A DNA stretch of 64,000 nucleotides. It comes from Catajapyx aquilonaris. Taxonomy: Eukaryota. A program made the translations under genes and the position numbers. The stretch lies in the NCBI GenBank assembly GCA_000934665.2, contig KZ537962.1:62001-126000 (forward strand). The letters are read 5' to 3'. Positions 39,001 through 51,300 of the stretch are shown here, piece by piece (position 1 is the stretch's first letter; each line of letters starts with the position of its first letter). Below the pieces are notes generated by a model, which did no database searches, was not told the DNA's origin, and saw only the letters and a list, made by a program, of their open reading frames with translations.

Positions 39001-42000
39001 CATAACATTTTGCAGACGTGGGACCACCATTTGGCAAGAGGTTGCGAAGTTTTTTGTGACGTCGAAATTACATTAGTTTTATACTTCGCTACTTGAATTT
39101 TTAACAACTTTGCATACAAAATGATTATTGTATCTTGTAATATGATGTGACATAATAATTTTTACTATTGATTGACTCCGTACCATTTTATTTTTCATGG
39201 ACCACACAGAGGTAATTTAGATATCATGAAGAATTATACTTAGTGTAACGGTTCATTAGACACGATTTATTCTATTTGAGTCATAGGCTACTCAGATATT
39301 TTCACGATGCGGATGAAAACACCGTTTACAGGAATTACGGGATGGTGAGGCAACCTGTTGTCCCACCTACTGGAACTTGGAGGTGAAGAAGCTGCGAGGA
39401 ATTTAGGTCGAAATATTCCTCATGCACTGTAGGTACTGGTGCTCACATCTTTGGTTTTACTGCAGTGGATTATTACTGCAAATTGTCATTAACTTACACT
39501 TACTGAAATAATAAAACGATTCGTCTTTCCCCAATGAATGAAATAGACAGCATGATGTGAATTATGCAAATATTTTCTTTTCCAGTACTTGTTTGGCATT
39601 TACTGGAGAATATTAATTATTCACATGTTGTGTACAACTTAGGCAGAATGCATAAATACTCTGAAATGTCTGGATGTCGCATGCACAACAGGCATTTGTA
39701 GAGGATCAGTTGAACTGGAATTTCAGCCGATTAGAGATAAATGGAACGAGTTGCATTTATTAGTCCACTACTTAATTTTAATGCTCGTCAAGAAAATGTG
39801 CGGAAGTACCGCAATGTAAAGTTTGTTGTTCCTGGAAGTGGGTTAGCGGAACTTGGAAGTAGATCGCATGGTCTGGGTAGTAAATCAAAGCATTGTTGTC
39901 TTATCGAATTTTATTGCATACACTTGATCTTTTGTTTCTCTCCTAAAGTTGAGCTGCAACACAAAGAAGTGCACCCAGTAAAAATGAAGCGATACCCATC
40001 TGTAGACATGCAGAAGTCGGTTTCCTTGAACTCTTCTCTCACGCACATGTAATGAATCGTGACAATCAGTAGAAACTTTCTTCCTTGGTCGAACTGGAAC
40101 AGAAGAAGTTGAAAATGAGCAATTCTAGTGAAGCACGTGGATGGACCTCAAAGGGGCGCATCCACCTGTGCCTCCAACACAGGTCATCCAGCCCTCAACC
40201 TACCATCCACCCTCCTCCCCATCTACCCATCTACCCCCCCTACAAGTGAAGCTACTTCCGGGTCGCAGACCTGTTTCGAGGGAATGAAGGACATTTTAGG
40301 TGATACACGCCATCAGATGCCACACCTTCCTATCGTTGTTCGGCATATACAGGGTGATTTTGGGCATGTTCTCACACTGGCTGCTGCTGCAGTAGGTCAA
40401 TCCACATTATTTGGATATTTAATTAGTCATTCAGTGCATTATAATAAATTTTTTGCACCAGTACATGTTTAAAAACCTAGTTTAGCACCGTTAGTACCAC
40501 TGACACCTAATGTGACCCAAGTTGGGTCTCAGAGTGTGATATAGGTGAGTCGTGTGACATAAAAAGGTATCAAAGAGGATGAAAATACCGTACGGTATTT
40601 AACATTTCCGCTTGAAGGACCTGACATGACATGCGCGGGTGATAACGTAGCACCTTGTTCTTGCCAGAGCATAAATATTGTAGGTAACTGCGACTTAGTA
40701 ACTACCTGCAGATAAGCTGCTCCAATTTACACGTAACGAAGGCCGGACCCCATTTTTATGGTCACGATTTAAGGGGAGTGTAAACTACCGAAAAACTTTG
40801 ATAGAATGCCTGGCACGTTTCCTTTTTCAGACAGACCATTTTGTTTTGTTCTACTTAGCAATGCACTTGAAAAATGAAGTTTCGGACCAATAATTTCCGT
40901 CTCTTCACGCCTGACTGCGTGTAAAAAAAAATGTGCGAGTGTGTGGATGAGACGCAAATGCGTGCCGCCACGTTCCCTACTGGGTTGTCCGTGACCTGAG
41001 GCCGACCGGTGAAGGAATTTGGGTTATCACGTTTGCCATCCGCCTGCCGAGGAAGTTGCATCACATTTTTGCAGCTCTGATTCAGCAACTTATACCTGAT
41101 AATTAAATACGTGCGTCAATGGCAAACATGGCAAGCATGTTTAAAATCTAGTGCCATTATATTATGATACACTGCACATCAGGATTTTAAATTGCAATGC
41201 TGTTAATGGACAGATTCCAACGAAGCTATAAATTATTGTGCTAATAATAAATTCAAATACTTTCGCTTAATAAGAAATGGTGATTTAAATAACACTGAAT
41301 GTTCCATACTTGGGCAGTAGTTTTTGCAGGTGGTTTTAGGACCACCATAAATCTCGGCAAACTGAAATGTCTCAACATAATGGAATGCCGGAGGTTACAG
41401 AAGCGAAAGTGCCATGGCCCCTGTGATGTCAGGAAACCACGAGAGTCACTACACAATCAGGATTTGAATGTATGAATCATGTAATTGCGTCTTGGTCCGC
41501 AGTTTTTTCTATATAGTTGCTCCAAAATGGCCCAAGAAGTTGGGTGATTTACTTGAAGCGTATACGGAACAGTCCCGTTGAGCAGGTTTTTGGCAGGGAA
41601 GTGGGAAGTATGTGGGTGTGTGGGGGAAAAAGAGGCCTAATTGCTGAGTTGTCCCACTAACCTTGCATCGGTACAAAAGAAATGAAGAATCGCTGGAGGA
41701 GAGAATATTATATAATTGTGGGAAACACAATCTGGCGCTTGGATGAGCTTTAATGATTCTTTCTTAATTATTGGTTGTGTGCGTTAGATTTCCAGTTGAA
41801 CAACCTGAGACACATGATCCACATCCGGGATACAAGGATATTTTTCTCAAGGAAGTTGTTCCAGGACCGATAAATTAAGGCCAGAATTGAGAACTGATGT
41901 TATGGCATCCGGGACAAAATATTGTCAATATGGCAGTGTCTTACTAGTTCCCAACTCTTGAGTAGAATCTGCGCGTGGGAATTACAAAAAAAAGAAGACG

Positions 42001-43923
42001 AAGAAGAAGAAGAATCTGGTGATACCCCCCAGGTGTTGGCCTTGGCCTCCACGCGCTGACAGGTTGTGATATAGCAACCCGAGGTCACACAGTTGTGGCT
42101 CCGGTAGGAGGGGAGATGAAGGCGGCAGGTCTTGAATGTAACGGTGCCCTCTCTTTTCCTTCAACCCTCCTCCCACGTACCTACCTACCTACCTGGCCCA
42201 CAGGGGTGGTGGTAAGCAAGCCCGCCATAGGGGCGATGGGGGTGGGTGGACGCCTATCTAGCCGGCTAGGTAACTACTAGCTAGCTGGATGGCCGCATTA
42301 TCCCAGGAGCTAACGGGACACTCTTCCTTCTGCAGCGCTGGGAACAATAATTGACGTACGAGGATGTCCTCCTGCGAACCCACTTATTTTCATTAGCGCC
42401 GGCCTGTGCTATCCACCATATTTTTTTAACTGTTTTAGTTTGTGAAAATGCAACAGAAAATAACAAATCTGGTGCGGTTATTATGCTCTTTATGGGAAAC
42501 TTGCACATTTTTGGCGATAAAATTGATGATTTTGCATGCCCTGATAGCGCTGTTTCGTAAGTTCGGGCTTGTTGTGGATTTCTAAGTCGAAATTATCCTA
42601 GTTGATTTTGACCATTTTGGCTTCATCACTGAGATAATAATTATAGTAGTTTGTTACTTGTTGAGTCTAGGGCTCATCCTGCAGGCCAGGCAACCTGTAA
42701 AACATTCATGTTGCATGGGTCACGTGGAGCTTAGCAAGCTATAGTTATGCCTTTATAGCCAAATTCAAGGAGCCAAATTCGAGACGAAGTGACCGCATAT
42801 AGTGCCATCTTGTATGCAGGTCGAGTACGCATGGTTGCAGAGCGCCAGGATAACCATGGCCGAAACGCCTTTATGACAGATAATTACGTATCTATATTGT
42901 GTTAGTGTTCGTCAGTAGTTTCCAGAATGTAAAGAGATGGGGCTGAACTACCACAGTCTGCACATCATCAACATATTCGCATGCTGTTTTCATTCTCATA
43001 CATTGTTTTGGATATTTATTAGTAAGCTTACAATGTTGTGGGCATACGAAAAACATAAAGATTGAGCGCTACATTATATTACACACCATGTCATAATAAT
43101 AATACCCTGTTTTCAAGGCCAATGAAGCCATAAAGTTATATGGACCTATTTTTTAAAATATTAAAAAGCTACTGCACTGCTTGTCGTCATATTATATCAT
43201 AGAAGTCAGAATAGGTGATTGTGCTGTAACAACGTTGTGCTTCTGACGTAATTTTTAATTCAGCAGGAAATATTATTGGAGTAGACTCAACAATTTACAG
43301 CATAAAAATGCTGATTGGTACATCTTTTATGAGTGCCATATTACAACTTATTTTTTACCAATAACTGTGAGCGCAGACCTACAGTCATGGAAGATCATGC
43401 TTACCATCATTTCTGCGACAAGTGATGCCTTACTCCATCTGGGAAGAGAGGAACGAAGTAGACCATTGCTGTGCTACTAACTACTGCCACCTAAATGATC
43501 CTGAAACATTCAGACTTTCGCTCTCTCTGTAGCATGCATGCAATGTTTGTACTTAATAATTGCTTTATAATTGTATTAATTACCCAATGATGACGGGATA
43601 CGAGAATTCCAGGAGAATTCCTTTTTTTGCAATAATAACTTAAAGACCTTATCAGTTTACAATTGAAATATATCTTAAACCGTTTTCTGCATGGGCTCTG
43701 CATACCGGTCATTATACCTAGTATACAATGTAAATTAGGTCAGGTGACTGAGGTAGATACATCAATGCAAGATACTCACACATAGTAAGGCGATAAGGGA
43801 CAGTTGTTGGGTCCAACACTATATGAAGTTCGGCTTTCTTTTATGTGGAAATAAATTAATGTGAACCGAAACCATCAGTTTACTGAATATCTTACACACT
43901 TGAGACGATGCAGTCTTGAGTGA

Positions 43924-46236
43924 CTACTTAGGATCTTGTTCAAATTCTTTTAAAATTTTCGCCCTACGCCTTTTCGTAGTGGCCCGTCCTTCCTCTTCTT
44001 CATCTTTGGATACTGAAACCATTTCATCAAATACATTGTTGGCAGAGTTCAGAAAGGTGTGAAGAGACACAGGGAGAAGGTTTATGGTCGGAAGCAACGA
44101 ATCCGGACTTTTCCCGAAAGGAAATTTAACAATATCGCGTATAAAACTAGGACGTTGTGTCGTTGTTGTAGTAGTCGTCGTCGTCGTCGTTGTCGTCGTT
44201 GTCGATGTGCTTGTGGCTTTTTTGTCATCATCGGGAAGGTCCATTCTCTTTAAATGTCCTGAAGTGCTATGGCTGTTTATTCCATCCTCTTCGTCCTTGT
44301 GAACGAAATCCATCCTCCGGTCAAAAAAGGGAGCGTCCAGGTCAAAGGTATCAAATGGATCCTTAGGATGCGGAAACAGATTTGGAAAAAACATAATACA
44401 GGCAGTGGATATGATGAATATGACCCCACCCACCATAAGAGAAGCCATGACTCCATTGGGGATGCCAGCCACTGCTCTATGAAACAAACTTTTTAAGTAG
44501 CTTGAAAGGGAATCGGTACCAAATAAGGCAGCAGCTGTAGGAAATGGATCTGGGTCAGCATAAAACAAGCTGTGGTCTTCGGGTCTGAAGAAGTCAGAAA
44601 AGTCCATCTGGGATGCAGCTGGCAGTGGTGGCATGGCTGAAGACATAGGCCTGTGAGGTGCTACTGCTGATGGCATTGGTCTCTGTGAGGCCATGGGATG
44701 TGGTAGGGGTGGAGGGATGTACGGAAGGAATGGCTCTCGTGTAGGTGGCCGTTGAAACGGATTCAGGACCCCTGGGTACGTTGGATCATTGGGGTAACTG
44801 GTAGGGTACTGTTGGTACATGACTGCTTTGGATTGGTATGGATGATTTCTGGGGTATGGAACAATGCCTGGTTGGTACACTGGGCCATTTTGGTACGCTG
44901 CAACAGGCTGCTGGTATGACGTTGTGGGTGGCTGGTAAGGAAAGCTGTTTTGGTACGTTACAGGTGGGTATGCAGGGCTTGGTCGGAAACTTGCGGGTGT
45001 AGGAGGCTGGTATGAATGATTGTTTGCGGTAGCAGGTGCACCAACAGAGTTTTGGGGGTAACTTGTGCTCAATGATCCATGCTGATCTATTGTTGTGTCT
45101 GGATCAGACCATCGCGCTGTGTCGGCGTGTTCCACTGAATAGTAATCCTGGTATCCTTCATTATAATCAACCGGATAATTGTGGGTGTACTCAATATGAT
45201 GCACGTTAGGATCGGTTCCTGATGGCTGAATAATTACACTTGGAGTCCTAGTAGAATGGAAGTTTCTGGGAATCCTGTCAGGTTCTTCTTCGACTGGAAC
45301 TTCATCCACTTGTACTTCCTCCATTTGAGCTTCCTCCACGGATATTGGATCACTGTTGGTCGGAGGTAACGTTGTCCACATTGGAGGCCTCATGTACCTG
45401 GTTCGGTTCATTCCTTTTTTGTCCGTATAAACCATTTTTAATAGGTGGACTAATGATGATGTGAGATTGAGCATTTGCGATTGTTGCTGGTAATTAAGTA
45501 CAGGACGCTCTTTGATATCTAAGCCAGTTATTACTTTTGCTGTGGCTGGATTCGCAATGATTGTTTTCCTGAGCACTTCTAGTTTACTAGGAATGGCCGA
45601 AGAGAGAACGTGGTCCGTGTCTGACGATGCCAGGTCCTGATCAACGACAGGCATCTTGACACCCATAATAGGCGGGCTTAAAGTGACTCCTCGATTATGC
45701 AAAATAGTTTTTAGCCTGTCATAGTTGATACTTCTGGAGCCATTATTCCGACGAGCCCATTTGAGGAGCCTCTTGGACAAACGACGTGTGAGGTTGGTAT
45801 AGTTCTTCCTGTGCTGGGAATGACCCACTGGCAGGACGATTGACACGAGTTCTTCCTGGTGTGTGGACGAACTGGATGGACTTGTCTGCCGCCGCCGCCT
45901 GCTATGCCCCACTGCGCCGTTAGTTGGCCGCCTTTCTGTGCTGCTGGTTGCTTCTTCAGGTGAATAAGGCTTGGTGTGATCGCAGAGTGGGGTTGGCCAA
46001 GGGTCCAGAGGGGATCCCAGCTGGTCCTCCACCGGAAGTCCGGTCGACATGGAAGCAGACAGTTGGTCATTTCTGGGGCTTTCTATCTGGGCCGGCTCGA
46101 GTCCACTGGAACCGCTGGTTGTTTCTCCACTTCTGAATGTCCTTGCTGAAGGCGTTGTCGGGTCATTTCGATTTATTACGGTGCACGATGAGGTGGAAAG
46201 TAGCAGCAGGAGTGATGCGACGGCGATGAATCTCAT
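43924..46236 (-). CDS. Uncharacterised ~770-aa signal-peptide, low-complexity (Ser/Thr, Tyr-Pro-Gln) single-TM protein
   Basis: Uninterrupted 2.3-kb ORF. The true start is inferred at ATG 46236 (MRFIAVASLLLLLSTSSC), 9 nt after a TTTTCAG acceptor (46246); candidate upstream UTR donor AG|GTAAGT at 46938. RRRR basic site, YQP/YP repeats, TM VMASLMVGGVIFIISTACIMFF, poly-Thr. Confidence 0.85.
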   Translation of the reverse strand: MRFIAVASLLLLLSTSSCTVINRNDPTTPSARTFRSGETTSGSSGLEPAQIESPRNDQLSASMSTGLPVEDQLGSPLDPWPTPLCDHTKPYSPEEATSSTERRPTNGAVGHSRRRRQTSPSSSSTHQEELVSIVLPVGHSQHRKNYTNLTRRLSKRLLKWARRNNGSRSINYDRLKTILHNRGVTLSPPIMGVKMPVVDQDLASSDTDHVLSSAIPSKLEVLRKTIIANPATAKVITGLDIKERPVLNYQQQSQMLNLTSSLVHLLKMVYTDKKGMNRTRYMRPPMWTTLPPTNSDPISVEEAQMEEVQVDEVPVEEEPDRIPRNFHSTRTPSVIIQPSGTDPNVHHIEYTHNYPVDYNEGYQDYYSVEHADTARWSDPDTTIDQHGSLSTSYPQNSVGAPATANNHSYQPPTPASFRPSPAYPPVTYQNSFPYQPPTTSYQQPVAAYQNGPVYQPGIVPYPRNHPYQSKAVMYQQYPTSYPNDPTYPGVLNPFQRPPTREPFLPYIPPPLPHPMASQRPMPSAVAPHRPMSSAMPPLPAASQMDFSDFFRPEDHSLFYADPDPFPTAAALFGTDSLSSYLKSLFHRAVAGIPNGVMASLMVGGVIFIISTACIMFFPNLFPHPKDPFDTFDLDAPFFDRRMDFVHKDEEDGINSHSTSGHLKRMDLPDDDKKATSTSTTTTTTTTTTTTTTTQRPSFIRDIVKFPFGKSPDSLLPTINLLPVSLHTFLNSANNVFDEMVSVSKDEEEEGRATTKRRRAKILKEFEQDPK

Positions 46237-48340
46237 TTCACGAATCTGAAAAGCAAATAAAAACAGTACTGTTGCCATCACACCTACTGCATAATATGAT
46301 ACACCTTGACCGTAAGCCAGAATTTCTGGTGCGGAAAGTGTCATGCTGTGGCGAATGGAATGAAGTAATATTTCCGTTGCGGTAGTTCCGAGATATTTTG
46401 GCCCGCACCGTACTGTACGTAGATGTACTAAATTAAGTGTGTCTTTATGATACAACGATATCTGTAAAAGGAATGTTGTGTGTTCCCCTAAACAAGCCTA
46501 GCGCTTGAGTACTGGGTAGCAAAATAAATAAAATTAAATAAATATTACTTATCCTTACTGGGATATAATTATGCCCAATTAAACGAGTATTACAATATGC
46601 CATTGTCGTAAGCTACCTTGATTTGAAAATATGTTTCATATAGCCTACATGCATTTTCAAATAAGATTCTTTTGAAACTATCGCGGCCAAAAAGATGAAG
46701 ATGTTTTATATTCTCAAATCAGTTCACTAGAAAACAAGTGCTACGTCGTAGAGTACTTGAAGGTTCTTACGTCAGTTATGTTATATTGGCATTATCACTG
46801 AAATTCTAGTGAAGTCGTTGGAGCCCCTTTATGGTGGATCTTTTTGACCGCCATTGTTAAATACAAGCACTCTATATGAGCATGTGAAATAGTGCGCTTT
46901 ATGTCACGAAATATTCGCCACATGACATGATTACTTACCTCTTAATGTGAAATTTTACATTTGGTTGAAATTATCTTGTCCGTGCAGATCACTTAATCAC
47001 ACACACGAAAACAGCAACATGATGTTTCATAGTCTCCTAAACTGCGTTTCGTCACTTCATATACGTAGTCCTACTCTGGATATATGAATTATAAGAAAAT
47101 AATTCGTAGGCACCAACTCCAGTATCTTCCTTCTTATGACTGACGGTTGAGCAAAGCTCTTGATGCTACTCGGTAAATGTGTCAGTTGTGGCAGAAAATT
47201 AACTGCTTTGCTCCATTACCCATGACTTCATATGGACCATGCAGGGTTACTTAATTTACGCACCAATAGCACATGTTACAAGCATGCAAGGAATTTGATT
47301 TTTTGTCTGATTTTTATTGAAAACTGGCTCACTAAGGTAATGGCAGCAATCAGTGTGAGAACCTTTTAGTTATCAGTGTACTTTATTGATTGTGGATTAT
47401 GTACATGTGGATTCTTATTGCAACTAGGGCTACTGAACACTGACATATGTTTACATGACATATTCTACAGAGGGAATGTTGAGTAAGAATTACTCACCAC
47501 CGTCATTTCCCGATCAAGGATGCCTGGATGTCATCCGTAATATCCTCTTCATCAAACCAGAACCGACGATGCCCAACCCAGTGCATAATAGCAAAGTAGT
47601 TTCGATCAACTGCTGGAAATGTTGTCGCGCGATCCACACCCTCAGACTATTCTTGCACCTGTGCGTGTCTTATGGAAGGACTGCCAGAACTCGGTTACTG
47701 TGTTCCTTCTTGGATAATCATCTGATGTGGAAAGTTCAAGTACAGAGCACACGGATAAGCAGCTGTTTTTATGCACGTTCCATTTTTGACGCTTTCTGAG
47801 TCAGTCTTTCCAACATGAAGGTCGAGCCCAGGACAATGACTGTTATGCAGAGGACAAGCACGCAATGTATTATGTGACATTGCGTTACTAACATATTTAC
47901 ATAATTGATGCCTTTATCACACACTGGATACTAATCACATAATTTAATGGAAACTTCTTTTTTTTTACATTAATGTTTCCCTGAGGTCTTCTGGTGGATG
48001 GTTCCAACAACAGCTAAAAGCTATAATTTACAAATGCGAATTGCCTATTGCATGTGAAGACTGCAATGTAGAACGATCGCGTCACATTTGATTGATTTGA
48101 AGGTATGAGAGCTTGCAGTTTGAAGATTGTGGGATGAATCCTTCTCAAACAAAAAATAGTTTATGGGACTGCAATATTTGTATGAGAAATCTGGCGTGAC
48201 ATTAGAAAGTACCACTTGAGGTGAGGACTATATTAAACAAAGTTTTTCCGACCAAAATGTAACTAATCGTTTTGCATTCCAGGTCTTCACGTGATTAAAA
48301 TACTGTAAGTGTCGTAAGGTACTCCACACATTGCAGATAT

Positions 48341-51300
48341 TCACAGCTGGGACGTTTCGTGCTTTGTGTGCGATGCTTCTCCTCCTCCTTCAGCAGTGCT
48401 AGTGTTTTCATATCTGCTGAAGTCGTTCACATTTGTAGTGTAGTCCTGTACGGAGCAATACACATGCACACTATGGCGTCTTCTTATGGATTTGTCATTA
48501 GATTTGAACTCGTCATCATTTCTTCTCAACCCTCCGTCTACCTGAACTGAGAAGTTTCTTTCTGCTGCCTTGCTGGTAAGGATAATGTCCGCTAATACGT
48601 TGTTAAGCTCTGGATCCTTCTTCACATCATTGCCTTTTTCTCCTTCTGCAGGAAGAGTGCTCTCTGCCTGAGCAGCACTCCTTTTCTTCTTCCTCAAATA
48701 ACACATGTTAAATGAGAAGTACATGACAGAAACAATAAATGCAATGATGGCAAATATGCGGTACGTTCCTCTAGGCCCCACGAACTTGATCAAGTATCCT
48801 CCAAGCAGACTCCCTGCTCCTCTGCCTGTTAATACAACGGGAGGAAAACATGTTCACAAAAGAAGCGAGAAAACGCAATGGAATACGGTAATGGTGTGAA
48901 TCTTACCCACGCCGTAGTACATGCCACCCATAATGCCCTGCACGCTGGCAGTAGTTCCGGGAGTGGATAGTGTGGCGGCGTAGGTGGTGGCGGCCGTCAG
49001 GGCCAAGGCGGCTGTCACAGCTTCCATTGCTTCGAATGGCAGGCACATCAGAGGAGTCGTGATGAACGAGTAGCCTGAATACGAGATGCCATTGTCAGCT
49101 GTCTGTAATTCACCAGGAGCTATACGTGTTCCGCATTACGTATGGTTTCTCTTACTGAGGTACCGTACAGTACTTTAAAATGATGCCCGTTTATGCCACA
49201 TCGAGCCAAAATACATATCTTCAAATTCATATGTTGCATATCTCAGTGCCAACAGCTCTTCGCTCACGGCTTTGGAATATACGTACAGTACATACAGTCA
49301 TACTGTCCGAGAAACAGTAAAGATATGCCTGCTAATGACAAAATGACAAGGAAGTCGTTTCGGGTGTGTTCTCTTCCATAAATCTTAGCAATTAATGCAT
49401 TAGAGTTGTTTCACCTAGCATACAATGACTGAACTTACCCTGTAATGCAGTTATACACTTATACTCGTACTAGAATGCGGTTATTATTGACAATGAAATC
49501 AAGCACACCGCCTGATTCTGAGCGTTTTCCATGCAAACCTATCCAAGGATATCACAGTGCATGTCAACGAGTTTTTACTGGCATTTCAGACACTAAATCC
49601 GTGCCTTTTGTCCTTCACTTCCACTTGTCCATCCCCCAGCATGCATTACATAAATCGCACATCTGATGTCCTGCTCCACGTTATACTGTAGCATATACTT
49701 CCGACATATTGCGTAACCCGTTACGGATGTCTCCCTCGTTAAATCTAGGCAAAGTTGACTCAATTTTTGCACCCCAAGTGGCATCCGGCGTGGACAAGGG
49801 GGCGGAACTGATTATTTCAGTTGCTTGCCCATGCGTGCGTGCAAGACTGGCTTATGTGGAGCGAAAACAAGCATGGAGTAACATATGTGAGACCTCTTTG
49901 TAACAGTTTCGCGTGTTGTCTCACCTGTCAGTCGGACTGTGAAGAATAGGAGACCCATACAGAGTACGTTCACGTGACCAACCCTGGCGATGATGGGTCC
50001 AGCCAGGTACAATAAGGGAATTCCTGTGCCTGCACCCACTGTTAGGGTCAGGCCCATCAGCAGTTTGGAGGCGCCCAGGTCTTCCAGGAACCAGAACAGG
50101 AAGGTCTCGATGTAGCCCCAGGTCATACCTGAAGATGACATACATGTATATAGTAAATGGAAATGTGTATGTACTAGGCAGGACGTACCAGTACAGAAGA
50201 TGGCGACTAAAAACACGACGATCTCGACATTTGAAAGCACGACCTTGAGGTTTTTCAGGACGTTTCTCTCAGGTTGTTTGAAGTCCAAGTTCATCGTGAG
50301 GGTAATGAACGATGCAACTGTATTCAGGGCTGCATACAGGAAAAATGCCGGTCTGCGAAGGATTAATAAAAAGCTTAATGAACGAAAATATCGCAGGGCA
50401 TATTTCAGTGTTCAGATTTGTCACGCGATTTTTAAATTACAGTGCAAGATGAGATATGTAACGAGAATGTGACTCATTTTTTTGGAAAAATTGTTCAGGT
50501 GCAGCCTGGAAAATTTCACAGTGAAATTCCTCGCGATTAAACACACCTGCAGTAGTACATTGTATGGAGGAATCTTAGTGAGAGAAACTCACTCAGCCAA
50601 TAGCAGCCAAAAAAAACCCACTCCTTTCAAGGGTGACAATTTCCTCACGTAATCCCCATTCGCTTAGGGCCAATTATTTCGCCGCCAAAACAGGCCACAA
50701 ATGTTTTTTTTAGACCTGTATTCACTGGTGTGATTCCGGATTGTTCCTCATTGAAGGATCTGGCATGCCCCAGAAGCACAGCTACCGGAACACATGCGGT
50801 ATATAAAATGTTTATGAATGACTGAGGATGCCTCATCATGGAAGTGAGGGAACTTCAAGAGGATTCCTCCTGCCTGTTTGGCATCTACAGACTTTCAGTG
50901 GCACCAAAAGCAAGCAGTGACCACAAGTTCCCAAGGATCTACTTTTCCTCATAAATACTGTATAAGTGGCATCAGACACCTGGTAGAGAAAAAATCATAC
51001 ATGAAGAAACCTTCCTAATTACCTAAAATCAGTATAGTCTTTTCCATCGCTGGCGTAGTCAATGAGCGCTCCTGATAATGGAGAGAAGACCATGCTGGCT
51101 ATCGAGGAATATATCCTCTGAAGTCCATAATCAGCATTCTGCTCCCGAAGAATGGACACCACAGCTCCCTCGAACATGACAAAGGACGTGGCGCTCAAGA
51201 AGCCCACTATCACTCGGAGCAACGTATACATCCAGAAGGTCAATGCAACATCATGCACCACTTCATGTCCTTTATTGCTGCACATACTCTGCCTGGGAGC

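Noticed and set aside
46246..46455. N-terminal 70 aa of the 843-aa ORF call
   Set aside because: It lies upstream of a strong splice acceptor and is intronic; the signal peptide begins at 46236.
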